Assembly: GCA_038087875.1 (NCBI GenBank)
Contig: CM075988.1
Location: 6,698,001 to 6,762,000, forward strand
DNA length: 64,000 nucleotides
From: Malacoraja senta
Taxonomy: Eukaryota
Direction: 5' to 3'
The notes beneath the pieces are model-generated. The model did no database searches, was not told where the DNA came from, and was given only the letters and a program-made list of their open reading frames with translations. Positions 38,288 through 51,304 of the stretch are shown here, one piece after another (position 1 is the stretch's first letter; each line of letters opens with the position of its first letter). A program made the position numbers and the translations under genes.

Positions 38288-39025
38288 TGTGGTGGCGCTG
38301 TGTGTGCGGTTGCAGCTCTCTGTCAGCCTCTTTCCCTTATTAATGTTAGATGTAATAGTGTATTTTTAGTTGTGTACTATGTGGGGGCGGGCAAACTTTT
38401 TAAATCTCTTCAACGGAAATGCGACTTCCTTTCCGTGCCGTATCTCCGTTCACACTGTGGCCTAACATCGAGGAGCTGCGTGGCCTCTGGCTGGGATCGA
38501 CCTTGAGGGCTCCGGGCGCAGAGTCCACAGGCTCCACCTTGGAGATTGCGGCTGCGACTCGACTTTTGGAGGCTTCGGCCGCGGGCCCTGTGGTCTGTAA
38601 CATCGGGAGCTCGCAGGTCCCTGGTTGGCGACCGGCTTTTCGGGAGCTTCGTCCGCCCCGAATCGCGATGCTTGAATCGGCCCGTTCACAGGACCTTTCA
38701 TCGCCCGGCGAGGCTCGGCCCGGCCGTGGGATCTTCCATCACCCGGGAGCCTTGATCGCCTCGACGCAGCCTTCAATATCGGGAGCCTTGATCGCCTAGA
38801 CGCAGCAGTTTTGACTGCCTGACCGCGGGAGAAGTAGCAAGGAAAGAGATAAGACATTTTACCGTCCATCACAGTGAGGAGGCGTCTGGAGGAGAATCGC
38901 TGTGATGAATGTGTCTGTTAAATTTATGTAATTCTGTGTTTTGTTTGCTTTTTATTGTTATGACTGTATGGTAACAGCATTTCGTTCAAATTTTCTTTAT
39001 TAAATGACAAATTAATTGAATTCAA
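38288..39025 (+). mobile_element. GC-rich non-coding retroposon, same group
   Basis: GGTGGCGCTG start, CCTAACATCGAGGAGC, CCATCACAGTGAGGA, TTCGTTCAAA..TGACAAA tail. Confidence 0.7.
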
Positions 39026-39363
39026 TATTATGTTTCTGCTCAGCATTCACTTTATTTCAAAGGAACCCTAACTTATCCAATCTTTCCACAGTGTTAGAAT
39101 CTACCTGACCTTCGGTATTATCGCAAATTGTCCTCCTTCCTCTCTCCCAGTCCAGTCACTTCTTTCCTGCAACGTGTTTGCTCCAACTGTAAACAGAAAA
39201 CTGCCTTAACCAGTGTTAGAAACTAGAAATAAAGAACCGCAGATATTGGTTTACACAAAAGGACACAGAGCAGGAGTATCTCAGCAGGTTATAGTCATAG
39301 AATCACAGAGTCATACAGTGTGGAAATAGGCCCAACTTGCACACACTGACCCACATGTCTCAT

Positions 39364-39708
39364 TGTAGGGCTGAAGATGTCCTCGTAGGGTTGCTCCTGG
39401 GCCTGGCCAGGCTGGCCATCCCCGAGTCACGGCGCCAGGCGGAAGGGGGCTCTGCCCGATCTGGCTGCCTCCCCCTTTTCCGGGGGTACGTCCGCGCCCG
39501 GGTGGGGTTAGAAAGGGACTACGTCTTGTCCACGGGCACCCTGGGGGATTTCCAGGACCGCTGGGCACCGCAGGAGGTTGAATGCATCCTCAATAAGGAT
39601 TGTAACATAGTTGTATAGTGGTTTAATTAGGATATTTGTTTGTATTGTATTATGGTGGTGGGTTCTGGTTTGTTTTATTGTGTAAATATTTTTTAATAAA
39701 TAAAAAAA
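39364..39708 (+). mobile_element. Tx1-type L1 3' end inserted in a minus-strand CR1 tail (~39290-39960)
   Basis: LLLGLARLAI..SRRQ..FRGYVRARV..F.DRW C-terminus, AATAAA plus poly(A), TSD ACATGTCTCAT at 39353-39363 and 39709-39719. Confidence 0.85.
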
Positions 39709-40669
39709 ACATGTCTCATCTACACTAGTTCCACTTGCCTGAGTTAGGCCCATATCTCTAAACCTGTCCTATCCATGTAGCTGTCTAATTGTTTCTTATA
39801 CGTTGGGATGGTCCCTGCCTCAACTACCCCTTCCAGCAGCTTGTTCCATACACCCACCACCTTTTGCATGATAAATCACCCTTAGATTCCCATAAAACCT
39901 TTCCCCCTTCACCTTAAACCTATGCCCTCTGGTTCTCGATTCCCCCACTCTGGGCAAGAGACCCTTCTTCTGACCAGTGTTAGATGCAGTTCTAAAAACG
40001 CCACCTGGTATGACATTTCAATCCTCAGCTAATAAAGAGACAAGTGTAGGAAGGAACTGCAGATGCTGGTTTACACCAAAGATAGACACAAAATGCTGGA
40101 GTAACTCAGCGGGTCAGGCAGCATCTCTGGAGAAAAGGAATAGGTGACGTTTTGGTTCGAAACCCTTCTTCAGACAATAAAGAAACATGTCCCATATACC
40201 TTTTTCAGCCACATTATGGCCCAGTGAAGCTACCTTTAAGGATCTGTGGAAAGAAGAGTGAAAAGGTCTGTTTGTTCCTTCACATTACTCAATAATCTGC
40301 TAGTTACTGTGTATTTGCTTGCTTTGCAGAACCACATAGTCCATGCACAACCAACTAGGTTAAATTCCATTTGGCACCAGTCATTCTGTAGTCAAAAGGA
40401 TTCCTGTGTTAACCACTTCCGTTTTCTGCTCATAAACTCATAAATAAACTGAGAGACAAGAAAGGCACGAAATTTCGTTCAGACTGAAAAGTCTGGATGA
40501 CAATAAAGGATACTTTGACTTTGACTTTGAGACAATGCCGTTCACACAGAAGCCCAGCAACTCTTCAGTTTCTACTGCTGAACTTATTTTAGATTTATTT
40601 GGTTGATCTCCTTAAAGATAGTATAACAGAGAAGGGTGAAACTTGTGGTGGTATTGACTATAATTCTGT

Positions 40670-42199
40670 ATGAATTATAGTCAAGAAGTGTCAAGAGGTG
40701 TCAAGAAGTTATTGCTCAACATCAATACCACAAAAGCAATTGGACCAGATCAGATACAGAATCAAGCCCTCAAGATCGCAGCCGAAGAACTGGCTCCAGT
40801 TTTGCAGTTCATTTTCCAACAATCGCTTGACTCGGGTGAAGTTCCGCTGGATTGGAGGAAGGCTAACATCACTCCTCTCTTTAAGAAAGGTTCAACCACC
40901 AACCCAGCGAATTATCGTCCTGTTTCATTAACAAGTACTTGCTGCAAATTACTGGAGCATGTAATTGATAGTAATCTGATGCGACATGTGAGCAAACATA
41001 ATATTCTTGCTGACAACCAACATGCATTTAGGAGGCATAGATCATGTGAGTCTCAGCTTATCCTGACGACAAATGACCTGGCCAAACATCTTGATGGTAA
41101 TGTCATCACGGATTTAGTAGTGCTGGACTTTTCTAAAGCATTTGATGTCATCCCACACCAGAGACTGCTTCGGAAGCTTGACTTCTATGGTATTCGTTCC
41201 AACACGAAACGATGGATTTCCAGTTTCCTGACAAAACGTCTTCAGCGTGTGAGTGTGAACGGAAAGAGCTCCAATTGGCATCCAGTGTTGAGTGGTACAC
41301 CTCAGGGCACAGTACTTGGCCCACATCTGTTTTTGCTTTACATAAACGACATCCATGAAAAAGTCGCAAGCACGACCAGACTATTCGCTGATGATTGTTT
41401 GCTGTACCGTCCAATTAAGTCAGCTGATGATGAAGATGCTCTCCAAAAGGACCTCGATACAATGGTTGAGTGGTCACACCAATGGGGCATGCAGTTCAAC
41501 CCTTCCAAATGTGAAACCATGCGTGTCACCAGAAAGAGGAATCCAGGCAAAACATCGTACAATATACTTGGTACCACCCTTGAAGAATCCAAACAAACCA
41601 GGTATCTTGGCATCAAATTGCAGAATGATCTGCGTTGGAATGGTCAGACTCATCATGCAACGGTGAAAGCAACAGGTGTCCTAAATTTTCTGAGGCGCAA
41701 CTTTCATCATTGTTCAACTTCTGTCAAGGAGAAGCTGTACTTCACCCTCGTTAGACCTCATTTGGACTATGCAGTTGCAGCATGGGACCCATACACAAAT
41801 AAAAACATTTCTTCCATCGAACGTGTCCAAAGACAGGCAGCTCGATTTGTTACTAACACCTATGAGAGAGAAGCGAGTGTTACCAAACTTCTGAATTCTC
41901 TGGGGTGGAACCCTCTCCAAGACAGACGTGAAGCTCACCGTTTGACCTGTTTTTACAAAATGTTAAATGGTCAGCTCAACATAGATTACAAGACCTACAC
42001 CAAACCCAAACCAATTAGGAGCAGACGAGGACATTCGATCCAATTTGAGATTCCAGCTACCAAGACAGATGTGTACAGCAATTCATTCTTCCCCCGCACA
42101 ATTAAAGCATGGAATAATCTTCACCCTACCATAGTTACCCAACCAGATGCAACTAAATTTAAGGTAGCTCTTTCTTCCCAAAAACCCTTTCTGGCTTAA
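40670..42199 (+). CDS. CR1-group LINE ORF2, 5'-truncated, RT and C-terminus in an unbroken frame; (CCAAGAA)n tail to ~42273
   Basis: DWRKANITPLFKKG, NYRPVSLT, LDFSKAFD, GTPQGTVLGP, RLFADDCLLY, YLGI, SFFPRTIKAWNNL. The first few codons are probably flanking DNA. Confidence 0.95.
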   Translation: MNYSQEVSRGVKKLLLNINTTKAIGPDQIQNQALKIAAEELAPVLQFIFQQSLDSGEVPLDWRKANITPLFKKGSTTNPANYRPVSLTSTCCKLLEHVIDSNLMRHVSKHNILADNQHAFRRHRSCESQLILTTNDLAKHLDGNVITDLVVLDFSKAFDVIPHQRLLRKLDFYGIRSNTKRWISSFLTKRLQRVSVNGKSSNWHPVLSGTPQGTVLGPHLFLLYINDIHEKVASTTRLFADDCLLYRPIKSADDEDALQKDLDTMVEWSHQWGMQFNPSKCETMRVTRKRNPGKTSYNILGTTLEESKQTRYLGIKLQNDLRWNGQTHHATVKATGVLNFLRRNFHHCSTSVKEKLYFTLVRPHLDYAVAAWDPYTNKNISSIERVQRQAARFVTNTYEREASVTKLLNSLGWNPLQDRREAHRLTCFYKMLNGQLNIDYKTYTKPKPIRSRRGHSIQFEIPATKTDVYSNSFFPRTIKAWNNLHPTIVTQPDATKFKVALSSQKPFLA

Positions 42200-42801
42200 G
42201 TCCTCCCTCCACCACCTCCAGTTTAAATTCCATTTGGAATATTTTGGAGGACCAAGAAACCAAGAACCAAGAATGATGTGGGACTGGTGCCTCTACTTCC
42301 TTAAAAGGCTTAGAAAGTTTGCCATGTCCCCTACAACTGTCACCAGCTTCTACAGATGCGTTATGGAAAACATTTTATCAGGATGCGTCACAGCTTGGTT
42401 TGAGAACAGCTCCGTCCAAGACTGCAAGAAATTGCAGAGAATTGTGGATGCAGCCCAGACCATCACACAAACCGATCTCCCTTCCATTCACTCCATTTAT
42501 ACCCCATGCTGCCTCGGCAAGGCCAGCAGCATAATCAAGGACAACTCGCACCCCGGCCACTCCCTCTTCTCCCCTCTCCCATCAGGCAAAAGGTATTGAA
42601 GAAGTGTGACAACGCACACCTCCAGATTCAGGGACCGTTTCTTCCCAGCTGTTATCGGGCAAATGAATCATCTTACCACAACGACAGAGCAGTCCTGAAC
42701 TTCTACCTACCTCATTGTTGACACTCGGACTATCTTTGATCGGACTTTACTGGCTTTACCTTGCACTAAACGTTATTCCCCTATCATGTATCTATACACT
42801 G

Positions 42802-43779
42802 TGTTGATCCTATTACCTCTATAGGGTGTCAACTGACGTGTCGAACAAAAGACTCTAAACCGAGGTTTAGTTTAGTTTAGTACGACTTAAGGGCCTGTCC
42901 CACTTTCACAACCTAATTCACGACCTTTTCTACTCGTGGACATTTTTCATCATGCTAGAAAAACGCCCCGACCTACTTGATGCCACGACCTACCTACGAC
43001 CTACCAACGACCTCTTACGACCTCATGACGACCATGCTGCGAGTATGAGTCAAAGGCAAACTCGGCAGAGGTCGTGAATTAGGTCGTGAAAGTGGGACAG
43101 GCCCTTTAATCTTTATTAACACTCGAGTAACTTTAAACATGCATGTAAACAATTGTCTTCTAATAACTTCTCATTTACTTTACTATTTCAACATCGCTTC
43201 TTAAACTAAATCACAAAACTCATGACTTGGAGTGATATATTACCCGTATGAATGAATTGGCCAGATTCACTCTGTTGATAGGGGCTTTGTCTTCTCCGAG
43301 CTTCGAACTCAGGTCCCTCCTTCTTGCGATGGTTGTTCCCTCGTTGTCGTTGCCGATGTCTCAGACCGCCCTTCTTTTATACTAATTTTCCTTCCATCTT
43401 CGAAAGGAAGCCTATGTTCTAATCCAAAGCTCTCATGGCTTTACAGTCAATCATTTCAAGCTGTCACTCCTCCAAGGGCAGAATAAGCAAAACACATCTT
43501 CATTCCTTATCAGGTGAGAGAGTTCTTAATTATGCTGCCTGTTCATATCTCCTTCTCATTATAATTTTTGCAAAATGTCCATTCCAGGCACCTTATCTTC
43601 TCAAGGCGGTACTGCATTAGCTGTGAAGTCACCTTCAGCTCTGCTCCAACCAGATGTCAATGACGTGACCGTTTTCACTGCACTCCTTGGTTCTCCAGGC
43701 TCCAGCGTTTCACTCTGTCTCTAACTAGCAGCATCCTCCCAAAACCTGTTGTATACTTGACATCCAGTCCCAGGCTATA
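42802..43779 (-). mobile_element. Probable solo LTR
   Basis: 4-bp TSD ACTG (42798-42801, 43780-43783); TG at one end, other end mutated. On the minus strand TATAAAA-like (43381-43375) precedes AATAAA (43117-43112). Confidence 0.65.
42890..43105. mobile_element. PIF/Harbinger-type MITE (short relative of 27247-27869)
   Basis: Perfect TIR AGGGCCTGTCCCACTTTCAC, TTA TSD. Confidence 0.9.
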
Positions 43780-43989
43780 ACTGTAAATGGCTCGATTGCA
43801 ATCATGTATGTCGTCTTTCCACTGACTGGCTAGCACGCAACAAAAGCTTTCCACTGTACCTCGGTAAAACTGACAATAAACTAAACTAAATTAAACTGAG
43901 TGGGCTGAAATATTGTAAATATTACACACTTTCAAAAATGGGTGCAAGCAAAAAACAGAAACTCCAAACTTTGGTGTCATAGAACAACA

Positions 43990-44350
43990 GAGTGATAGAG
44001 TGATACAGTGTGGAAACAGGCCCTTCGGCCCAACTTGCCCACACCGGCCAACATGTCCCAGCGACACTAGTCCCACCTGCTCTTGTTTGGTCCATATCCT
44101 TCCAAACCTGTCCTATCCATGTACCTGTCTGTTTCTTAAATGTTGGGTTAGTCCCTGCCTCAACTACCTCCTCTGGCAGCTTGTTCCATTCACCCACCAC
44201 CCTCTGTATGAAAAAGTTACCCTTCTGATTCATATTCTAACCCAATCTTTTCCCCTTCACCTTAAACCTATGTCCTCTGCTCCTCGATTCACTTACTCTG
44301 GGCAAGAGAATCTGTGCATCTGCCCAATCTATTCCTCTCATGATTTTATA
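43990..44350 (-). mobile_element. CR1 3' end
   Basis: NFFIQRVVGEWNKLPEEVVEAG plus tail. Confidence 0.85.
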
Positions 44351-44811
44351 CACTGGTGGGAATACTTTTAGAAACAATAAGCAGGAGCGGAATTAGTAAG
44401 GAATGGATGACTGGTCGATGAGCAAATACATTCTGTTTTACCTGAAGGCAAATAAACTTGGTAGATTTTTTGATGAGGAAACAGACAATGGCCAACATGG
44501 AAGAAAGCTACAGTTGATTCATTGTGTACACAGCTGTAAGAAAATGCAAAGGCTTATATTTTAGTTTGAAGAATGCACAGAGGCGCTAAAAATGACATAA
44601 ATAGTTTGAAGTGGCAGGGCAGATTAAGAAAGCAGTTGAAAAAGTATATAGGATTCTAAGCTATAGATTTAGAAGAGATTTGAACAAGAAAGTTATGATA
44701 AACATTTATTAAATCTTGACTCAGCCACAAACTGGAATTCTGTGACCAGCTCTGGGCACCAGTGTGTTTGAAAGATGGGAGGGCTTTAGAGTGAGAAGTG
44801 TTTTATTTTAT

Positions 44812-47800
44812 TTTAGTTTAGACTTTAGAGAGACTGTGTGGAAACAGGGCCTTCGGCCCATCGAGTCTGACCATCGGTACACTAGTTCTATGTTATCCCA
44901 CTTTCTCATCCACTCTTTACATACTATGGGCAATTTAGAGGGGCCAAATAACCAACAAATCTGCAGGTCTGTGGGGAACCCAAACACGTGGAGAAATTCC
45001 ACGTGGTCACAGTGGGGAACGTACAAACTCCACACTAATATAACCCAAGGTCAGGATCGAACCTGGGTTTCTGGCGCTGTGAGGCAACAGCTCTATGCTG
45101 CCCCCCTGTGTCTCCCACCTGGAATTATTCTGAAGATGGGGGACTTTACTTCTGTATATGGACTGAAGAAACCTAGATGCAGAGGAGATTGAGATGGGAG
45201 GCGGATAGAGAAATATAAGTGAACAAGGGTTGAGATGAACATACAGAAACATGTTGCAATTGGTGAACAAGAGGATGTAAAATGAAAGCAATAGGTAACA
45301 ATGGCCATAGGTGGCAAGAGGAAAATCTGTTTAACATGGCAAGTGGTTGGGATCTGGCACCTAGAGTGGATAATGGAAACATTCAATCATGGTGTTCAAA
45401 GGCATCTGGATTAATTAAGTATGTGAAAGTACTTGCAGGGCAATGGGATGAGGAAATTGACTCATCCCACATGGTAGACAAAAATGCTGGAGAAAATCAG
45501 CAGGTGAGGCAGCATCTATGGAGAGAAGGGAATAAGCAACGTTTCAGGTCAAGATCCCACATGGTGTGGAGTTTGCACGTTCTCCCTACGATTGCATGGG
45601 TTTCCTCCGGGTGCTCCGGTTTCCACCCACATCCCGAAGACATGTGGGTTTGGTAGGTTAATTGGCTTCTGTAAAATTGCCCCTTATGCATGTGAGTGGT
45701 GGAATCTGGGGGGGGAGTAGAACAGGATTAATGTAGGGTTAGTGTAAATGGCCAGCACAGACTGGGTGGGCTGAATGGCCTGTCCCTGTGCTGTCTCTCT
45801 CTATGACCCTGAAGATTCAGCCTCAAATTCCCTGTCACAGGCACAACACAATTCTTTAAAATATTGGGTACCAACAAATATAGAAGGCTACAAAGATCAG
45901 GATATGATACGTTTACACTTACTCCAAACTGAGTTATTTTATTCAATAGCTGATACGCAACCTCCCACACAGGGCCTGTAAACCCTTCCTCGAGGTTATC
46001 TATAATAAATAAATTGATGCAAAGGATCCATCAAACTGCAGCCCTTTTTTGTGGTGTTTTATTCAAGAGAGAAACGATGTTGATTGTATTTTCTGCCCTA
46101 GTAATATGTTCACTGTGATCTTCAAATGCAGGTTCTCAAATTCTGTTAGGTAAAGACAAGAGAGATTTATTTTAGGATTGCTCTGGCCCAGCGACTTGTC
46201 TCCTATGTCACTAAGCAGAGAGTTTAAGTTCCATCGCAATGGGACCATTTTGAAGGGGAGCAAGGCAGTTGCCCCCATGGTGTGGGAGTGAGGCAATTCT
46301 CTGCGTGCTGAGCCAGCAGGGGATCTACTATTGAGCTGGCACAGCTGGTAGAGTTGCTGCTCAGAGACCCAGGTTCGATCCAGGCCTGGGGTGCTGTCTG
46401 TGTGGAGTTTGCGCGTTCTCCCTGTGACCACGTGGGTTTCCTCCGGGTGCTCCGGTCTCGTCCCACATCCCAATGATGTGCGGTGTTGTAGATTAAGTGG
46501 CCTCTCTTAATTGCCCCTAGTGTGTAGGGAGTGGATGCAAAAGTGGGATAACATAGAACTAGTGTGAATGGGTGCTCGATGGTCGGCATGGACTCAATGG
46601 GCTGAGTGGCCTGTTTCCATGCTGCATCTTTAAACTAAACTATTGTCTACTGCAAGCATTCCACTGTTTTACCAGTGTATGGTTGTTCTCATGTGTAATG
46701 TGGTTTGTTTGAAGAGCACACAAAACAAAACTATTCAATGCATCTCGGTACACACGGCAGCAATAAACATACTATTTATCTTTCAGCCGCTATCACTGAA
46801 AATACTAATATGGCCTTTTATCGTTGATTTATGGAAGTGTCCAGATATTTACATTATGGTCTTACCCTACAGTCTTGTTAAAGTACAGGGCTAATTGAAG
46901 GAGATAAGTCAATGGTTTGAGGTCAGCCACAGGTATTTGTTGGTGTTTCAAAACTGCGTCAGTAGAAATAAGTGGTCTGCTCATCAAAGGCTCTGTGCTG
47001 GGAGAAGGAGGTGTGTGTGAAGCTGAAGGGACCACCAGTATGCAGGCACAGGGCAACTGACTGACAAAGTTATAATGTAAAATAAAAATAAGTGAACCAT
47101 GACTCCCTGAATTCCAGTGAACACCATGACAAATCCTCCATCCAACATAATCGCAAACACATCAAGAAACAAGGAACTGCAGATGCTAGTTTACAAAAAA
47201 AGGCGCAAAGTGCCAGAGTAACTCAGCGAGTCAGCCAGTATTATCTCCAGACAATGTGGATAGGTGACGTTTCGGGTCGGGAACTTTCTTCAGACTGATG
47301 ACACTTTGGGTCGGGACACTTCTTCAGGCTGATCAATCTGAAGAAGAGTCCCAACCCGGAATGTCACTTATACACCTTCTCCACAAATGCCACCAGACCC
47401 GCTGAGTTACTCCAGCACTTTGCGGGGGGGTTTTCACAAGCACATGAACCTCAATTTTTCTCACCACATTTCCTGGGACTATGATATAAAGTATATTTAG
47501 TTGTTTTATGGAAAGGGTAAAGGTACAGGATTTAGAAATCATTAAAGATTGTATATTATGAGTGGCTGTGTAAAATAGCTTAGTTGTAGTTTAGTTTAGT
47601 TTAAAGATAGAGCGCGGAAACAGGCCCTTCGGCCCACCGAGTCCGCACTGACCAGTGATCCCCGCACATTAACACTACCCTACACACACTAGGGACAATT
47701 TACACATACAGCAAGCCAATTAACCTACAAACCTGTACTTCTTTGGAGTGTGGGAGGAAACCAAAGATCTCAGAGAAAACCCACGCAATACCAGGGAGAA

Positions 47801-47903
47801 CGTACAAACTCCGTAGAGACAGCACCCGTAGTCGGGATCGAACCGGGAACTCCGGCGATGCAAACGCTGTAAGGCAGGAAATCTACTGTTGCGCCACCGT
47901 GGC
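44812..47903. mobile_element. Cluster of four V-SINEs: 44812-45115 (-), 45563-45800 (+), 46336-46641 (+), 47581-47903 (-)
   Basis: Each shows the V-domain and a CR1-like tail; most also show a tRNA-like head. Confidence 0.8.
47170..47424. mobile_element. Palindromic Penelope-end mini-element with three hammerhead-like motifs
   Basis: Minus-strand motifs at 47266-47293 and ~47300-47327, plus-strand motif at ~47338-47366. Confidence 0.75.
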
Positions 47904-48065
47904 CAAGCTACGTTTGTGTAATTCCACCAGCGGACACATGGTGACAGTGTTCTGACTTGCTTTTGACTATTTTTCTGTTGTGACACATAGTCCAGTAAAC
48001 TTCTTTTTTAGATGAATTCTCCGGATGTAGGTACAGCTTGAGAGACTGTCATTTATTCCTGAGTC

Positions 48066-48125
48066 TCAGGCTTGCTGAGGTATTGGAGACAGGCCTTTTA
48101 CTGCAGATAATGTTGTCATAGCATC
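48066..48125 (-). CDS. Possible terminal coding exon of the repeat-protein gene (DAMTTLSAVKGLSPIPQQA*)
   Basis: Acceptor CTCATTTTTGACAG; phase 0 fits the 56938 donor; non-repeat sequence; AATAAA at 48057-48052. No homology support. Confidence 0.3.
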   Translation of the reverse strand, partial: DAMTTLSAVKGLSPIPQQA

Positions 48126-48410
48126 CTGTCAAAAATGAGGTGCTTTCTCATACCACTATGTGGTTAACATACAACAGTACCGCACAGGCCTACAATGTTT
48201 GTGCCGAACATGATGCCAAGTTGACCTGATCTTATCTGCCTGTAACGTGATCCATATCCCTCTATTCACTACATTTCCATGTGCCTAAGATAGACACAAA
48301 ATGCTGGAGTAACTCAGCGGGACAGGCAGCATCTTTGGAGAGAAAGAATGGGTGACGTTTCAGGTCGAGAACCTTCTTCAGTCCCACTGAATTAATTTCC
48401 ACATACCTTA

Positions 48411-48701
48411 AGGGCCTGTCCCACTGTACGAGGTAATTCAAGAGATCTCCGGAGTTTAAAAAAAAAATCGAGCTCGTGGTAAGCACGTAGAATGTACGTA
48501 GCGGGTACGTCGGAGCTCGGGACGTCTCTTAGCGGCTCGTAACGCTAACGGCAGGTACTCGGGAAACGCGGTAAGCTCGTGAAGACTCGTTAAAAAATGT
48601 CCACAAGAGCCCCGAGTACCTACGAGTGGCTATTCTCTGAGTTCAAATCAGGGGAAACTCGGGAGAACTCTTGAATTAGCTCGTACAATGGAACAGGCCC
48701 T
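48411..48701. mobile_element. PIF/Harbinger-type MITE
   Basis: AGGGCCTGTCCCACTGTACGAG TIR, TTA TSD; related to 55921-56278. Confidence 0.9.
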
Positions 48702-48929
48702 TTAATCCATCCTATCCCCTCTGGTCCAATCCCTCCCTACCTATGTCCAAGACACCTTACAAGCCTTTCGTTTGTTCAATGACTTCAGTTTTCCAGGCCC
48801 CCACTCCCTCTCCTTTACTATCTTTCTCTCCAGAGATGCTGCCCGCTCCCGCTGAGTTACTCCAGCATTTTGTATCAATCTTCGGTTTAAACCAATATCT
48901 GCAGTTCCTTCCTACACATTTCGATGTGC

Positions 48930-50155
48930 CTATCCACATAAACGCCACTATCGTATATCTGCCTCTACCACCACCCCAGCAAAGCGTTCCAGCCCCCCAC
49001 CGCTCTCTGTAATAAACTTGCCCCGCACATCTCCATTAAACTTTCCCCCTCTCACCTTCTAGCCATGCCCTCTCGTGTTGGACATTTCCACCCTGGGAAA
49101 AAGGTTCTGACTGTCTCCCATATCTTTGCCTCTCATCATTTAATATGCGTCAAGTCTCAAGTCTCCCCTCAAACTCCAACACTCCAAAGAAAATAATCCA
49201 AGTCTATCCAACCTCTTCCTGTGGCTGAAACCCTCTAATCCAGCCAGCATTCTGGTAACCTCCTCTACATCCTCTCCAAAGCCACATCCTTCCTGCAATG
49301 CGGTGACCAGAACTACACACAACACTCCAAATCAAAGTTGCACCGTAACCTGACTCTTATATTAAATGCCTCGAGCAATGAAGGCAAGCATACCATTTGC
49401 CTTCTTTACCACCCTATCTACTTGTGCTGCCACATTCACCTTGTGAATCAAGTAGTTTGCTGTTGGTTTAGGCCCTGTGTTGCAAGACAAGTGGGGACAA
49501 TAGGATTCTTCCCCTAAAGCACGGTAACGAACCCAGCGTTTTCCCAGTAATTCAACAACTTCATTGTCACGAAAGCAGAAGGCCGAATTTTACATCTCCA
49601 TTTGAAAGGAGAAATATATAAGGGGAAGGGGAAATATATAAGGGGAAAATATGCAATTAATGGCATGAGCCTTAACGAGCATTGATCTATATAGAAGGAT
49701 CGTGGTCCAAGCCCATAACTCCCTGAAAGGCAGACAACATGCTTGCCTTCATCGGTCAGGGCATTGAGTATAAGAGTCAGGGAGTCATGATGCAGTTTTA
49801 TAGGACATTTTATTAGGCCACATTTGGAGTCTTGTGTGGAGTTCTGTTGCTCCATTATTGAAAAAGTCTGGAGGCTTTGGAAAAGGTGCAGAGGAGGTTC
49901 ACCAGAATGATGCCTGGATTAGGGGATATTAGCTGCAGGGAGAGATGGAACAGACTTGGATGGTTTTGTCTAGGACGGTGGTGGTGACGGGTAGACCTGA
50001 TAGAAATATATAAAATTATGAGGCATTATGAGGCATAAAATGGATGGATACAGATTATGTGCAGGCAACGTAAATAAGAGATGGTCTTAGCATCATGTTC
50101 GGCACAGCATGTGGGCTGAAGGGCCTGTTCCCGTCATGTACTTTTCTATGTTTAT
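48930..50155. mobile_element. Decayed CR1 3' fragments: minus (~48930-49435) and plus (~49620-50155)
   Basis: RLDRLGLFSLE..LRGDL and RPHLE.CV.F motifs. Confidence 0.7.
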
Positions 50156-50478
50156 GTTAAAGTAGGGAGCACTTCAAGATCAATCCAAAGCCTATTTGAA
50201 TGAACTCTACCCCGTTGCGAACATTGGTTGATGGAGCTAATACATTACAATGCTGAGAACTCTGTGGACTCTGTATCTTCCCCTTTGCTCTATCTATTAT
50301 GCCCAAGTTTAACGATTGCATTTATGTATGGTATCTTTGATCAGTTTGGATAGCATGCAAAACAAAGCTTTTCACTGTGTTAAAGAAGGAACTGCAGATG
50401 CTGGAAAATCGAACGTACACAAAAATGCTGGAGAAACTCAGCGGGTGCAGCAGCATCTATGGAGCGAAGGAAATAGGC

Positions 50479-50506
50479 AACGTTTCGGGCCGAAACCCTT
50501 CTTCAG
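50479..50506 (-). ncRNA. Minimal type I hammerhead ribozyme motif in a Penelope end (50379-50512)
   Basis: Minus strand CTGAAGA-A-GGGTT-TC-GGCCC-GAAA-CGTT. The host element has a 13-bp TSD AGCTTTTCACTGT. Confidence 0.7.
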
Positions 50507-51133
50507 AAACCCAGCTTTTCACTGTACCTTGGTACACATGACAATAATAAACGTTAATTTAATTAATGGTGCCAATCCAAAAATGCAATTGTATTTTCCT
50601 TCTAACTAGTTGTGATTTACCCACATTTTCAAGCACCAATTATCTTTTATAAGGAATTATTGGTGTAGCAAAATATTCCAAACAAAATGATGTATTCAAG
50701 AGAGAGTTAAATATAGCTCTTAGGGCTCACGGAATCAAGGGGTATGGGGAAAAAGCAGGAACGGGGTACTGATTCTGGATGATCAGCCATGAATCTGGTT
50801 CGAAGGGCCGAATGGCCTACTCCTGCATTTATTTTCTATGATTCTAAAATCCAAAGTGTTGAATTGGAGTTGTTGACTGGAAGGTGGATAGAGACAAAGT
50901 GTACAGGGCTGTCAAAGTTTAGAGCCTAGGGTTGGTTCTCAGCTGTTATTGAGAGGATGATGAGATTCAGGGAGAGGTGAAAGGCCAGAACTGAGAAGGT
51001 ACACGGACATGACATGGAATTATTAGAGAGAGGAAAGGGTGAGACAAAGGAGGGCTTTAAAAACAATAAGGATTTGTTTTAAACTTCTAGGAGTAGGAAA
51101 AAACTGCAGATGCAAAATACTCCCGACATCAGT

Positions 51134-51161
51134 CTGAAGAAGGGTCTCGACCCGAAACGTC
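51134..51161 (+). ncRNA. Minimal type I hammerhead ribozyme motif
   Basis: CTGAAGA-A-GGGTC-TC-GACCC-GAAA-CGTC: intact CUGANGA and GAAA boxes, helix II, palindromic ACGT in place of helix III, GUC site. Confidence 0.75.
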
Positions 51162-51304
51162 ACCCATTCCTTCTCTCCAGAGATGCTGCCTTTCCTGTTG
51201 AGTTACTCCAGCATTTTGTGTCTACCTTAATTTTAAACTTCTGTTGCCTGTTCTATTTTGAAATATTTTTTTTACAACAGTTTGGTGTTGACACCAAATG
51301 ACAT

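Larger units (their letters stand above)
42275..43892 (+). mobile_element. Rex1 LINE 3' end interrupted by a solo LTR
   Basis: LYFLKRLRKF..FYRC..HPGHSLFSPLPSGKRY. The 3' UTR resumes at 43780 and ends TGACAATAAA(CTAAA)n. Confidence 0.85.
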
